Below are positions 45,993 through 59,410 of a stretch of 64,000 nt of DNA, piece by piece (within the stretch, counting starts at the first letter, position 1; each line of letters begins with the position of its first letter). Made by a program: the position numbers and the translations under genes. Source of the DNA: Podospora anserina (lineage: Eukaryota); the NCBI GenBank assembly GCA_017654855.1, contig CM030332.1, positions 7,564,001-7,628,000 of the forward strand. Reading direction: 5' to 3'. Below the pieces are notes generated by a model. The model was not told where the DNA came from, ran no database searches, and was given only the letters and a program-made list of their open reading frames with translations.

Positions 45993-46154
45993 ATGCAGCC
46001 CATCGAGATTTTGGGAGGTGCGAGGGGAACACATTAATTGTCTCCGGGCCAGGAGATGTAACAAGGGGCATCATGTTTCAGCGGGGACCTTGTCATGACG
46101 GTAGGTGTGATTTACTACGTATTAGGGGTCAATCGGTTTTGTGGAGGAGAAAGA

Positions 46155-46325
46155 AAAGTTCCATTGCGAGGGGGGGAAAAAAAGGAAAAAAAAAAAGGAA
46201 AAAAAAAGAGGAAAAAAAAAAGGAAAGAAAAAAAGGAAAGAAAAAAAAGAGAGAAAAAAAGGAAGGAAAAAAAGAGAAAGAAAAAAAGAAGAAAAAGAAA
46301 AAGAGAAAAAGAAAGAAAGAAACGC
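46155..46325. repeat. A/G-only low-complexity tract
   Basis: About 160 bp of essentially only purines. Confidence 0.9.
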
Positions 46326-46663
46326 CTAAACTACCTAACCTAGTGTGTCATTTTGCCATTGCTTCTTGTCCCTAGAAGAATTTGCCCCTGTTGTTTTACC
46401 TGATTGCAATTCCGGTGACCCTCCGCTTGAGAAAAGGAAACACCATTTATTTTTAATTTTTTTGGTTAAACCGAACAGAAAGGAAGTTAAAGGGAGGGGG
46501 GTAAAGAGATGTCGAGCATGAGGGGGGTGGGTTGTGTGCATGTTGGGGGATATATTTTTTGTCTGGTTGCTGATATGTGCTGTGTGCGGAGAGGTTCGGG
46601 CATCGGAAGGCTATGTATGTCAAAGTGTCTCATAAAGACTGACTTTGGACGTGCGTGGGCTCT

Positions 46664-47973
46664 CTACATGGTCTGCTCGCAACGGTGTCAGAGGATAAGC
46701 AAAGGTGGATGTGATCGAGAAAGTAAGCCTACCTGAGAATGCTGAACCTGCTGCTGCTGTTGAGCAGCCTGGAACATCCCGGCATAAGCCATCTGAAATT
46801 GCTGCTGCTGGTATACCCATTGCGCATGAGCCTGTGCCTGGGCTTGAGCCTGGGCAGCTTCGTTCGATGCCGGTTGTTGTGCCTGAGGACCATAGTAGGC
46901 CGGCATCTGCGGGAATCCCCAGTATGGCATACCGGCTACCATACCAGGCTGGACGGGCTGGAAGTACGGCTGAGGAATGGATGGGACGGCGTAGAGATGC
47001 GGTTGAGACCAGGCTGCTTGTTGTAGTTGAAAAGCTGCTTGGGCTTCTAGAGAGATAGGGCTTTGTTGTTGTTGTTGTTGTTGTTGTTGTTGCTGCTGCG
47101 GGTGCGACCAGGCTTGTAGATGACCTTGAAGTGCTTGTTGGGAATAATACCCCGAGTGGGCTGGTTGAGGTTGTGCCGCATGAGCTACTTGAGGCTGCCC
47201 ATGATACAGGGCAACTTGAGCCTGGTGCCCCCAGGTTGCTGTCATCGAGGTGACTGGCTGTTGTTGGGGGTTCAGTTGCGCCTGAAGGTGCTGGTGTTGG
47301 GGGTGTTGCTGCGGTTGTGGCTGTCCCATCCAGCTGACTACCCCATACGGCCCCGGCTGCATCATGGCCCCGGCATTGCGAGGAGCTGCTGCGGCTTGGT
47401 ACCCCCAAGCTGCTGACTCCAACGTGTGGTTACGTGCCGGGGCCGGCACACCAGGGGGTTTATTGAGAGCCAGCGCATCTTCGTGGGTAACGATCAAGAC
47501 CCGATCACGGTCGAACGGCTTGACTATCTGCACGGCTCCTGTGCCACCAATTCTGTATCCAGGGTCATCGACCTTGATGGGACGACCCCTGTAGTGAGTA
47601 ATTGCCAGCCATCCTGCCCGAAACTGGTCAGCATGCGTTCTCTTTCTCGGCTCAACAGGAGAGGCCTTACTCTTGCAATTCTCGAACTGGCTAAAGCCGA
47701 CAATCCGCACCCAGCCCTTGTTCTTCTGTTCGCCCTGGATGCCAACAAAGACCTCTGACTTCTTATGAAGTAGAGAAAACACAAAGTTACGAAATTCTCG
47801 AGCGTCGGTTTGGTCAGGCAGCTTTCAAAAGTCAGTTAGGATTCGCATCGAAAGGGTGGCCAAGAAGAAAGAAGACTTGCATTAGAAACGAGAATGTAGA
47901 AAGGTCCACCAGCCGGGTCACCGGCTCGAACCCATACCGGAGGGGGATCAGCTGGAGGAGAAGAGATTGCCAT
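46664..47973 (-). CDS. Divergent RRM + Q/aromatic-rich prion-like domain protein; GC-AG intron 47880-47822, intron 47670-47614, short last intron
   Basis: Spliced: ...PFYILVSN-LPDQTDAREFRNFV..KNKGWVRIVG..FENCK-RWLAITHYRGRPIKVD, followed by a polyQ/Y/W/P-rich tail. Confidence 0.7.
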
Positions 47974-49814
47974 TGCGGGACCAAAACAGGCAGATATCAC
48001 CAGCAAAAAAGTGCGAACAAAGACTACAGCGAGAGAGAAGATGGAGGAGACAGGTCCTGGGCAGTCGGCCCTTCCCCCAACTTTTAGTACTCGACCCTCA
48101 TACAGGGTGGTCCCTAGGGCAAACTGAGACAAACTGTAGTGCGCAGCAAGCCACAACTCTGGAGCAGTCGGACTCGATTCCCCAAAATGACTTTCTTTTT
48201 TCTGTGACTTGCTCGCATGGGGGTGGTGGGGTCGGGTGTGTGGTCTTTGATATGGACCGTGCTTCTCGAGACAGAGGGTGGGGGGCGTCCAAGTGATCCC
48301 CCAATTGGATCTTCCCCCACAACCTTTTCTTCCCTGGCTGATCTGGCGGATCGACGCTTCCACTACTAGAAACGACTAGCCTGGCAATGTCGAGCTAGAC
48401 TTCTAATGATGGGGTCCAAACTCGGCACGACTCTCAAAAAGCAAACAAAGTGTGTCAAGCCTCTCCTACCAGAGCCTGCGGGTTTCTCTCCCCCAAGTCT
48501 GCTCCTGTTCAAACGAGAGAACGAGAGAGGCAAGCAACCCTGGAACCACCCAACTCCTCACAGCCGTGTTCGATGTGAGTGATCGAAGTGGCTGGCTACA
48601 GAATCCAATCAAGGTCGAGTCCTTGCTGCAGTTCTAGCCAAGCAGAGACACCAGCAGCCAACGGCATGACAAAGCTTCTGTCCAAGGAAGCGGGGTATTC
48701 CCAAACCGGGCACGGCCAGAGAGGCGGCTGACCAGTTTTGATTCAAGGTTTGCTTCTTCTCTCTGGGCTGAGTAGAACCCCGCGCTGGTTTGCAGCATGT
48801 GTTGTCGAGCAGCATGTATTGTCGAATTTCTTTTGTATTCCGAGCGCGCAAGAACCGGTGGTTGGGACGGAGAGTAGGATCCGACTTTGGGTAGCGAACT
48901 TGCCTGTCCTGCATCTGTGGGCCGCTGGCGGTCAGCAGAAGGGGGCCCGGGCTACGTGATAGGGTTCCAATATCTAATCTCATCGTGCAGATGGGACGCT
49001 GGATCGTCGACGGGCAGGAAGAGGATCAGTCCCCGCAAATGCCAAACTCGGTGACACTTGCATACGGATGTCAGTGAGCCGTCGAAGCTTTTTTTTCTTT
49101 CTGACTCTGGCTCAACAATCTATCCGACCGCGGGTGAAGCTTCCGATCCCTTGCCGGTTGTCGACATGTTAGGGCAGCCTAAAAGAACACAAGATGGGAT
49201 TGCCTTGCTTGTTCGAGTATGCCAGGATGACCAGTCACATTCTCCCTCCACAGTGCATGATGGCTATTGTTTTGCTGCATGCTTTCCAGCTGCCGGGCTT
49301 GCTATCAGTGTTTGCAGGCAGCAGCGGGAGATGTCTGAGGTCTCGCTGAGTTGGCGTCGAGGTCCTTCGCATTCGCCCTTGCTTCGTATCTATTTTCTGA
49401 CAATTTTTTTTTTTTTTTTGGAATGTTGTCTTGGTACAGAAACTAAGACAAAAAAGGGGGCGTGTTGTACAAAGCCCAAAGCTGATGGATGACATTGCAC
49501 AACAGGTGGAAGATCTCACGTGGGAAGTTTTCTGAAATTCCGAGGTGGATTTCCAAGAGGAATGAATATCAGGGTTAGGGTCTGGCACTGCTGCCCCGCG
49601 CTAACACCTTTTGGGGTTTAATGTCAACAGATTGCCGGCCGCGCGCTTTCGAGAGCGCATCGCGCACCTTCATGGCCAGCGCAACTCTCGAACAGAAGAC
49701 AACCACCAACCCTTTTGCAAAAAACACGACGGGACAAATTCGTTTTTTTTTTATTTTTTTGATTTTTTTTTACCAGAGATATCAGAATTTTAACAATTAC
49801 TCAAGGCCGCAAAA

Positions 49815-50747
49815 ATGGGCCGCGCCAAATCCCCAACCAAAGCGTCACCCCAATCGCTCACCCACCGCGCCAACCACGCCCTCACCCAACTCCAATCCCT
49901 CGTTCCCTCGGCCTCCTCAGCCTCGGATGAAGAATCCCCCATAACCATCATCCGCCTCTCCGCCCCGATAATCTCGTCCGCTTCTTCGTCCGAGACCCCG
50001 TCAGCAGCCCGCACCTCCGACATCTCCAACACCTCCCTCCCCCCCTCGGGCCCAACCCCCTCCTCCCTCGAAGCCGACCTCCTCCACTACAAAGAACTCT
50101 TCTCCAAACTCCGCTTCTCCTACGTCGAGCAGGTCACCAAAGAAAAGTTCATACGCGCCATCGTCGGCGACCCGCCCTTGATCGTCACGCCCCAGGAAAA
50201 CGCCGAGCTGGAAGACAGCAACAAGGTTGCCAAGGCGGAGCTGAAGGCTCTCAAGAATGAGGTGGCGGACATGGTCAAGGATCTGGAGGCGAGGGGGCGG
50301 GAGCTGGCAAAACGTTACGAGAGGGTCAAGACGGAGACTGTCCGGCTAGGGGAGCTGCCGGGACGAGTGGAGGGGTTGGAAAGGGAGATTGCGAGGTTGA
50401 AGGAGGAGCAGCAGGTTGGGGAGGGATCGAGGGCAGAGCTGAATTTGCCGCTGGCGAAGACGCTGCAGCTTGTGGGCGAGAAAAAGAGGCAGATGCAGGA
50501 GTTGGATAGGCAGTTGGAGCAGCTGAGAAATCAGGCTCCACGGAAGAGGAAGGAGGTGGAGCGGTTGCAAGGAGAGGTGGCCGGGCTGGAGCAGAAGAGG
50601 GGGAATGCGATGGCGGCGGCGAAAGAAGCGAAGAGAAGGAGGGAGGATAAGGGGGCCAGGAACGGGGTTGATGAGCTGGAGGCAAGGGGACGGTGGTATA
50701 GGGGGAGCGAGGCTGTTTTGAGGGGGTTGCTGGGGATTCAGGGGTGA
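49815..50747 (+). CDS. Kinetochore Sos7 (Kre28/Spc105-complex)-like coiled-coil protein
   Basis: LEADLLHYKELFSKLRFSYVEQVTKEKFIRAIVGDPP, long coiled coil, ELEARGRWY. Confidence 0.85.
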   Translation: MGRAKSPTKASPQSLTHRANHALTQLQSLVPSASSASDEESPITIIRLSAPIISSASSSETPSAARTSDISNTSLPPSGPTPSSLEADLLHYKELFSKLRFSYVEQVTKEKFIRAIVGDPPLIVTPQENAELEDSNKVAKAELKALKNEVADMVKDLEARGRELAKRYERVKTETVRLGELPGRVEGLEREIARLKEEQQVGEGSRAELNLPLAKTLQLVGEKKRQMQELDRQLEQLRNQAPRKRKEVERLQGEVAGLEQKRGNAMAAAKEAKRRREDKGARNGVDELEARGRWYRGSEAVLRGLLGIQG

Positions 50748-51631
50748 GTCGCGACATAAGAAGGCGATGGCTTGGAGTCTTGGGAGTTTCGGAATCGGGA
50801 TGCGGGTTAGATACCAGGTTGGGATTTGTGTCGTGGGCGCTAATGGTATATATATATCTGGCAAAAGCAGTCGTCTTGAGCATTCCACTCTGGGATATTG
50901 TAGAAAAACCATCAGCAATTGTGTATTTTCCCGGTCTTGAGCCTCAGGTCGTTTGTAGTAAATATTGCAGGGCTGTTCGCGAGAACTGGATGGGCAGGTA
51001 TACTTGAGGACTGCAGGCTTCAAGACCCAGGCGAACGTTGAATCTAAAGACAAAGCTCGCGGCTAAAGTCTAGGCATCATTCAGCGCTGGTGTGCTCTCT
51101 CGACGTCTCCTACCAGTTTCGAGAGAGGCATCCGGATAAAGTGAGCGGTTTGAGAGGGGCATCGTCACCACAAAATAGTTGACACACAGGTAGGTTGCTG
51201 AACCATGCCTTTCAGTTTGAAGGATAATCACTAGGCTATTAAAGATAGTTGATATGCCTTTAAGATGGTGAATGGGACTCTAAATATAGCAACAAAGCCT
51301 TTGAATAAAGATATTTAGAATGCCCGATAATCTATCTACCTTTTGAGGTATGGTTCATTTTTTAAAAATAAATATGGATTAACTTCACCTTTCTGTTCCA
51401 CTTATTTTGTTATTTTGTGGTGAGAGTGAGGGGGCTATGAGCACCTCAGAGGTCTGTTCCCTCCAATCAGTCAATCCACTTTTTCCATGTGGTCACACTC
51501 AAGACATCAACGTCCAAGTCTCATTTGAAGTTGTTTCAACTTGCCAACATCCTCATTTTACTTTGAATTCACCTTCCCGACATAATTCTGACTTTGGCAA
51601 GACCATTGCTGTTCAAGTTAAAAGACCAAAA

Positions 51632-52085
51632 ATGTCTCAGCTCTGGTCTTCACCCAAATCCCCTGCCACCGCTGGCCCAGTCCGCCGGTTCGGTCAGATC
51701 ATCAAGCTTAAACCCGAGCACGTTGCCAAGTACAAGGAGATCCACGCTGCCGTTTGGCCTGGTGTGTTGGAGCAGATCAAGGCTAGCAATATCAGAGATT
51801 GTAATCTATTCCTCGATGTGTTCTACACACGAGCAACCGAGATCTAATCAAACCACAGACAGCATCTTCCACGATCCAGACAGCGGAATCCTTTTCGCCA
51901 GCTTCAAGTACATTGGCACCGACTATGACGCGGACATGAAGAGGATGAGGGAGAACCCAAAGGTGAGGGAGTGGTGGAAGTTGACGCACAGCCTCCAGGA
52001 GTCTCTTGTACCGGGGGCGAAGAGCAGTTCAGACGGGGAACCGGCTTGGTGGAAAGGGGTTGAGGAGGTGTTTTACACTCCTTGA
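51632..52085 (+). CDS. L-rhamnose mutarotase family protein; intron ~51801-51858
   Basis: RFGQIIKLKPE..YKEIHAAVWP.V, YSIF, FASFKYIG.DY..DM..M.ENPKVREWW. Confidence 0.9.
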
Positions 52086-52295
52086 GAGGGCCCGTGTTGC
52101 TGAGGATTAGCTGTGAGATATCAGCTGTCACCACACTTCTGAAAAATCAAAATTCTCGCCGCTCTGATGATTTTCTTGATGTTGCATGTGTCAGTTTGCC
52201 TGGCTGGCTGCCCAATGTCGATATTCAAAGCCTACCACTTACCTAAACGCTTCTATTCTCTCGGCCCAGACTGTTGGGGGTCAGCCGTTTCACAA

Positions 52296-52995
52296 CTATT
52301 TCGACTTGCCAAAGAAATTGCTGAGGAAGTTGCCCCCGCCACCACCCCGACTGCCGTGTCTACGTGCCTCGGTCCTCATCCACTCCTCCAGAAACTGACG
52401 GTTGGCCATCTTCCTGGCATCCGTAACCTTGGTCTCGACTTGAGCCTCCTGGGCGTCGAAACTGAGAAGAGTCGGGAGGGCACTGATCATGTAGGTCATC
52501 CCCAGACCCGCGCTCATGACATCTGGCGCGTCGTACTCGACTTCGCAGTAGCCCACCCCGCCCTCAGCCTCACCGACACCGGACTCGACGAGCTCCCGGA
52601 TGAGGGGTTCTACGACTTTGCATGTTGGGCAGTACGAGGCTGTCCACATCGTCAAGAGAGGCGTCCGGGATGATGCCGACAGGAGTTGGTAGGTGTGAAA
52701 CTGGTCCGGGTTACGAACGCTACATGATTCGAGCGAACGAAACAGATTGTCAAAAGATATTCCCCCAAAGTGGTAAGGCCACTGCTCCATCGGCACCGTT
52801 GGGACATGTGGGGGAGATGCATGAGGTTACTCACGAGGCATAAACCTGGTTCTTCGCACCCACCTTGGGCGATGTCGAGAAGTGAACGCGTGAGACGGAC
52901 AGCGGCTCTTCTATGCATGCGATGACGGTCTTGTAAGACTTGGCCCGAGGGAAAAGCCGCCCGGCAAGGGTCGGTCGAAGAAGAAGGGTGTGCAT
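52296..52995 (-). CDS. Thioredoxin-like protein with probable mitochondrial presequence; 1 intron
   Basis: Exon 1 MHTLLLRPTLAGRLFPRAK...HFSTSPKVGAKNQVYAS; exon 2 WTASYCPTCKVVEP...LPTLLSF. Confidence 0.8.
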
Positions 52996-54424
52996 CCTGC
53001 TCGCTGGGGCTCCTCAATGATGAGAGACCGAGACGGGTATCATCGAGATAGCGACAAAACTGACCAAGTTTGTCAGAATCTTGTGTTTTTCATGTCTGAG
53101 CTTGACTCGCATATCGGAGCTATCAAAGAAACCGATGAGCTCATGGGACAGCTATCAGCCCCCATGCCCAACGACAGGGATCATCATTGGCCCGCAGCCC
53201 AACTTCTCGGCACTGGGGCGGGTGAGGCGGGGGGTGGCTGCCGCGCTCACAGCGGCTTGTGTGCACCACCAGATGAAGCTGGCGTCATTCTGCATGGGAG
53301 ACCTTGTCCAATGTTTTCCCATGGACCGGCAACGACCACCACTCATTGCCCGTTGCGGTCCACTGGTCAGACCATACGAGAGTCGCCTGCCGACCGACGC
53401 TTCAAGTTATTTTGCTCTCTTTGTTGCCATCTTCTGACAACCATTAGCTAGCGTCTTATTATCGACCCTGCGGGGAAAATTCGAGGTCGCAGGAGACTCT
53501 GCTGTTAGCGGGGGTCGGTGGAGTATCCGGGGAATCACAAGGGACCAAACCCCCCGCCAAGTAGCCCAACACACTCCACCACCTTTCAGAGGGACCTTGG
53601 GTGACCGTAAAGATGAAGACGTCCCGGACCATCAACAGGTGCTGATCCTTCGGGCCTCCCGTGCCATTCGTAGAGTGTCAGCAGCTGCTCTTTAGAGGTG
53701 CGTCCAACTGGCAACCCAATGGCCTATTCCCTGATTTCAACCTCTCTGCTCAACAAGCCTCTCGGTGAGGATCCGGACACAGCTGAGGACACGTCGAGAA
53801 CGACGAGACTTCACTGGTCGGCCAAGAGGGCCCGAGAGGTTCTCTCTCTCTCTCTCTCTCTCTTGATAACCAAGGGTTCTTGTCGAGCACCACCTTGGCC
53901 GTATCTTGGCACACAATCCATGTCATGATGAACCGAATCCGTAGCGGTGCAGCCTTCTTGAAGCAGTTCGCCGGCTCCACACATCTGACGCTGGGCACGG
54001 CGCGTTGTGTCTGTATATATCGACGTCGCCGCTTCCTTCCATCGCGTCCGGCGTCAGTTGATCTCCAGATCTCTCATTCTTCAAACTTGCAAGGTCAGAC
54101 CAACGACAAGCGGTCCCACTCTCCCCGCAAAGCTGCAGGCATCAAAGCCTTGCTGCTGGAAGGCGCTGCACCTCCTACCCTCCCGCCGCCTGCCCGTCTT
54201 GGAGATCAACGCGACTTGGGGGGAAGCCCTTGTTTCTGCGCTGTCTCTTGCTTGTCAACAGACGCCGTCTAATACCTCCTCCAGCTTTAGAAGACCAACT
54301 TCCTCTCTGAACCTCTTAGCCTCTCTCCCTTTATTCTTTTTTTTAACTTTTCATCCTAAAAACCACCTAAGCAGCTTCACCTGGCACGGCATATCCTTCA
54401 CCTGTTTAGACCTAGACGCTTGGG

Positions 54425-56608
54425 ATGGCAAGCAGCTCGGGGGAATCACCGCAGCGGCGAAAATGGTTTTCGCGCAATTCATCCAATGGGGAGGGTTCCG
54501 TTGAAAAAAAGGGCCCAACAAGATGGACGATGGGAATCCTGGAAGACAAGGAGACGATCGAGGTTCCAGGTATGTCCCTTACAACGGCTTTCAAGCAAGT
54601 CTGGTTGCTAACACCGCTCCTAGGCTCCGTTCTCTTGCTGGCCCCTGATCACAACGAGCCGCTCGGCTTGAGGAACGCGCCCGCAAGAACATCTCATTCC
54701 TCTATTCCTGTCGGTGTCCTTCGCCAGGTCACCGAACCACCGCCTCCGGCAGAGGACCCCAAGAAGAAGACCAAGGATGGGAAAATCATCTTGGACCCTC
54801 AGCCTGATGATTCGGCCAATGATCCCCTGAACTGGCCGGTATGGCGAAGAGACTCTTCGCTTCTCTCTCTCGGGCTCTACTGCCTCGTTGGTGGAGGCAT
54901 GACGCCCATCCTGGCCGCCGGGTTCACCGACGTTGCCAGCGATTATGGGGTAGATGTTCACACCGTCTCCCTCACGACAGGTCTGTACATGATGGGTATG
55001 GGTCTGGGCTCCGTTGTGTTCTCTCCAACTGCCATCTTGTGGGGAAAGCGGCCAGTCTACCTGTTCAGTTCCGTCCTGTTCATTTTGACTTCGGTTTGGT
55101 GTGCCTTGTCACCAAACTTCGCCTCGTTGGTGGTTGCCCGTATCCTCCAGGGTGTCTCCGTCAGCCCTGTCGAATGTCTTCCTTCCGCCACCATTGCCGA
55201 AATCTTCTTCCTTCACGAGCGCGCATTCCGCATCGGTATCTACACTCTGTTGTTGCTCGGTGGGAAGAATCTGGTTCCTTTGGTCAGCGCTGCCATTATT
55301 CAAAAGTTGGGATGGCGATGGGTGTTTTGGTAAGTCCATCAGCATGCGTGTCCTTCGAGTGCGGGACTGACGCCTTGTTCTAGGATCGTTGCCATCATCG
55401 TCGGGTTCTGCTCGGTCCTCTTGTTTCTTTTTGTCCCCGAATCTTTCTGGGACCGTGCTCCGCATCGCAGAAAGAAGTCCAGACCAAACTTCTTCCGCCG
55501 CTTCTCCTCGAGACACGATGTGGCTCACCCGGGGGCTCATGCCACCCCGGCTGTCACGCCTGCTCCGCAATCACCAATCACGGAAGCTGTGCCTTCACCC
55601 GAGCCTCCGAAAGCCGCGACCAGGGCGCAAGTCGGTTTCGCTCCGGAGCCCGAGTACCTAGATTCGGAGCCCCGCGAGAGAGCATCGCAAGACATCCAAC
55701 GACCCCCAACTGCCCAAGCCCCTCCTGCGGTTTCAGAGTCGGAAAAGCCGGTCTCCGACGGCCCAGCCTCGAGAACTCCTCACGACACCGATAGTGAGTC
55801 GCTTTCGAGCTCTCGGTCCGGGCGAGAGGCGTACACGACCGTCTTGCGCGGCGCACCCCCGAAATCTTTTGTTCAGCAGCTCAAACCCTTCAATGGCCGC
55901 CTCAACAAGGACAAGTGGCACAAGGCTGCCGTCCGGCCTCTGATTCTTCTGTCGTATCCTGCCGTGTTGTGGTCATCGATCGTGTACGCGTGCTCGGTCG
56001 GATGGCTTATCGTGATATCAGAATCTATGGCCGTGATATACCGAGAGGAAGTCTACGACTTTGACGCCCTTCAGACCGGTCTCGTCTACATCTCTCCTTT
56101 TATCGGTGGTGTCCTCGGAACTGCCGTGGCAGGCAGAGTCTCGGATGTCATTGTGAAGGCGATGGCGAGACGCAATGGTGGACTTTACGAACCCGAGTTC
56201 AGACTCATCATGGCTCTCCCCGTGGCCATCACCACGGTTATCGGCCTGATGGGTTTCGGCTGGTCGGCCGAGGTGAGAGATCACTGGATGGTGCCGACGG
56301 CATTCTTTGGCATAATTTCCTTTGGGTGCTGTTTGGGATCAACAACCAGCATCACCTTCTGCGTCGACAGCTACAGACAGTATGCCGGCGAGGCCCTTGT
56401 CACACTCAACTTTTGCAAGAACATCTTCCATGGTCTTGTTTTCAGTTTGTTCGTCACCGGCTGGCTGAGCTCGGACGGACCGAAGAAGGTGTACATTTGG
56501 ATTGGTGTCATTCAGCTTATCCTGCTGCTGTTCACCATCCCGATGTATATCTATGGCAAGCGGGCGCGCATGTGGACGGTGCGGAAGAACTTTATGGAGA
56601 GGTTCTAG
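54425..56608 (+). CDS. MFS transporter (DHA1-like, fungal); 2 introns
   Basis: PQPDDSANDPLNWP, WGKRPVYL, ARILQG, EIFFLHERAFRIG, GWRWVF, YEPEFRL, VDSYR. Confidence 0.93.
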
Positions 56609-57118
56609 GAGAGCATCGAGCGGAGAAAGCAGGAGAGGCTTCATGTCAACTTTCAAAAGGTTGGACACAGGAAATCGGAATGAGACTTTTTTTTTTTTTT
56701 TGGAGGGTTTGTTTTTTTTTTGGCGTTTTTTTAAAGACTTTCGTTTTATGACCGTATGGTTTAGTGTTACTGCATTGCATTTGCATGGCCGGTTTTTTTC
56801 TTTCTTTCTTTATGGACTGGGCTGGGGGTTTGATGACTTTTTTTAAACGGTCTGTGTTCTGGATATGATATATGATACCAACATGGCTTTAGCACTCGTT
56901 AGAAATACATTTATATGATATATGTTGTACATTTATAATCATACTATCTTTGAAGATCGTGTTGTGGTGGTGTAGGTTATCAAGGTCCCTTCTCCACTTT
57001 GATGCCCCTCTCCCCCCAACTTCTACCATCTCTTCAACCCCTCCAACATTTTTTTTTTGGGTCTTTAAACACTCCATCAAACCCGCCATCACCAGTCACC
57101 ACCATATCAACCACGGCA

Positions 57119-58016
57119 ATGTCGACCACAACCCCCCACCTTTTGGAACCCTACCTCTCCCTGCCCCGGGAAACCTCCCTCATTGTTCTCAGCTCCATCC
57201 TCGGCGCATCGACAAACTGGCTGCTGGCGCGGTACATCCACTCCTACCTCAAAACCCCCAGCGTCGAAGGCGAGCCAGAAGTCGCGGTATTGCTGGCGTC
57301 CTTCCTCCGAGACTACCCCTTCTTCCAGCAGACCCTCTCCAAGCTCTCGCTCGACCTCGACTCCGAAGCCCGAAAGGGCAGGTTCGCGTTTGTGGATGGG
57401 TTGACGGGCTTGTTTCTCCCGTCCCAGCGGTCCGGGGGGAGGTTGCAGGACGGGGATGATCTCCGGGCGGTTCAGAGACAGATCGGAGATGCCCTGGCGG
57501 GGTTGGATGCGGGGAGGAAGAGGAGGGTGGTGCTGGTGCTGGACCAGCCGGATTTCTTGGTTGCGAGTACTAGTGCTGGCGGTGGGGAAGGGGCTGGGAT
57601 CGCGGTGAGGGATGTCATCTTGGATCTGAGAGAGGTTTGTCTTCCCTTCCCGCCGCCCCCGGTCCCTCGACCCTCGTGGCCATTTGGCAAGGGAAAAAAA
57701 AAGTTTGTGGATGGGGCTGACAAACAATAAACAGAAGGTCCACAGCTGCGTCGTTACCGTGTCAGCCGACGACCCTCTCGTTCACCCTCCTGTCGCTCCC
57801 ACACCCCTCGAGACGAACCACTCCTGGTTTGTGCTGTCACTGCTTCACGAGGCGGACATGCTGTGCGCCCTGAGGCTGCTGGACACTGGCACAGCAAAGG
57901 ATGTCAGTGGGGTGGTGAGGATCACCAGTTCGAGGGATGGCGAGACGGAGGACAGAGAGTATCTTTACAAGGTTGGGGGGCATGGCGGTGCCAAGGTCTT
58001 CGAGAGGGGGCAGTAG
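57119..58016 (+). CDS. ELP6: Elongator complex subunit 6; 1 intron
   Basis: LIVLSSILGASTNWLL, VLLASFLRD, FAFVDGL, VLVLDQPDFL, LRLLDTGTAKDVSGVVRIT, EYLY.V..G..KVFERG. Confidence 0.85.
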
Positions 58017-58702
58017 ATGTCACGGTATGGCAAGTAAATGGATGAGATGCTCATGGCATGACAAGTCATTGGATGATATGGTCCAGAAAGGCATAGCAAG
58101 CACGCACACATATGACGCAAGCGAATGATGCCCAATTTTTGACAGCAAAACGGCCGCCCAAGTAGCTGAGAGCACAGCGTTCCAAGAGACAAGCGGACGC
58201 ATGGAATATGGCACGAGACGCCCAATTCCAATCATCAATCATGGACAGCACCAGAGGACATCATGAGCCAGCACCAAAGAGGTAAATACAGGAATACCGA
58301 TTTTGAACCCCTTTGCGCCCGACTCTTGGGAGCGTCTGCTGGGCTGTCCCAGTAATAACAAAGAAACACCTTCACGCCTTTCATAAACCGTCTGCCCTTG
58401 ATGCTGCTTCATCACTTCTTTTTGCTTGACTCTCGTGCCCATGGATAAACTGGTCTGGATGGTAGTTGGTTCGTCGCGAGTGCATTCGCGATTTTTGTGT
58501 GTCTGTGGTTTTATGACCCCAATTTGCCCGCCGAGATGCATACCATTTGTGATGACTGAAAGCAGCAAAGCATAAAAACCGCGAGCATGGTTTCCCCGTC
58601 CGGAATAAATTTGTGAATCCCAGCGCCCGTTTACACCGCTCGCCAAAAACGACCCGTCCCGTCATCCACGTTCCAGCCCATCAATGCCCGAAGACGACCT
58701 GC

Positions 58703-59410
58703 TTACTCGGAAGCGGTGTTGGGACCCCGCGAGCCCTTGGGGACACCAGTCTGGAAGCCGTTCTTGAACTTTCTGGAGATGGTGCTGAGGTATCTCATGC
58801 GGCCGGTGCCGGTGACCTTTCTGCGCTTAGCCTTCTCGGACCAGTTGTCTGTAATACCCCGAACGTCAGCAAGCCGTTCCCTTTTCATGCCGTCTCGAGT
58901 GTTGTTGGCAACGTACACTTGCGGGTCTTAGCAGCGGGGTAGCCGCACGAAGCGCAGGTGTGCTTCTGGTTGTGCATGGAACGGCGACTGTTGAACACCA
59001 ATGTCAATATCTATTCGTCATCCTCCTCTCGTTCCTCCTTGTCGGCAATCGAATCGTTCTCTCGTCCGGTTCGTCGATGAAGGGCTCGTGAGGACTTACC
59101 CGCAGCGTCTGCAGATCCCGTGGGTCTTGTTGTGGCTATTGATGAGAGTCAGCAATGAATTCCGCCTCACTCCATATCCCAATGTCGAAACATACCGCTT
59201 GCCAAAGCTGGAGGTACCCTTCGCTGTTGTCGAGAGTCAGCATAACCGTGACCAATCCCGTACGCAATGTGTAGATGCAAAATTTCGGCCACGGATGAGC
59301 CATCAAGGCGTCGAGGACATCGGCATCTCGAGTCGAGGATGCATTTCGATATTTCGGGGATGGGTGTGGTGTGCTCAGGTATCGCAACGGAGGGGTGGGA
59401 ACGTACTCAT
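58703..59410 (-). CDS. RPL37: 60S ribosomal protein eL37 (multi-exon; first exon ATGA)
   Basis: [63 protein letters not shown]. Confidence 0.96.

Noticed and set aside
45809-46375. Lys-rich ORFs
   Set aside because: Translation of the (TACA)n repeat and the purine tract
58120-58175. ATGATG...CTGA box C/D-like pair
   Set aside because: Too short, no terminal stem or recognisable rRNA guide
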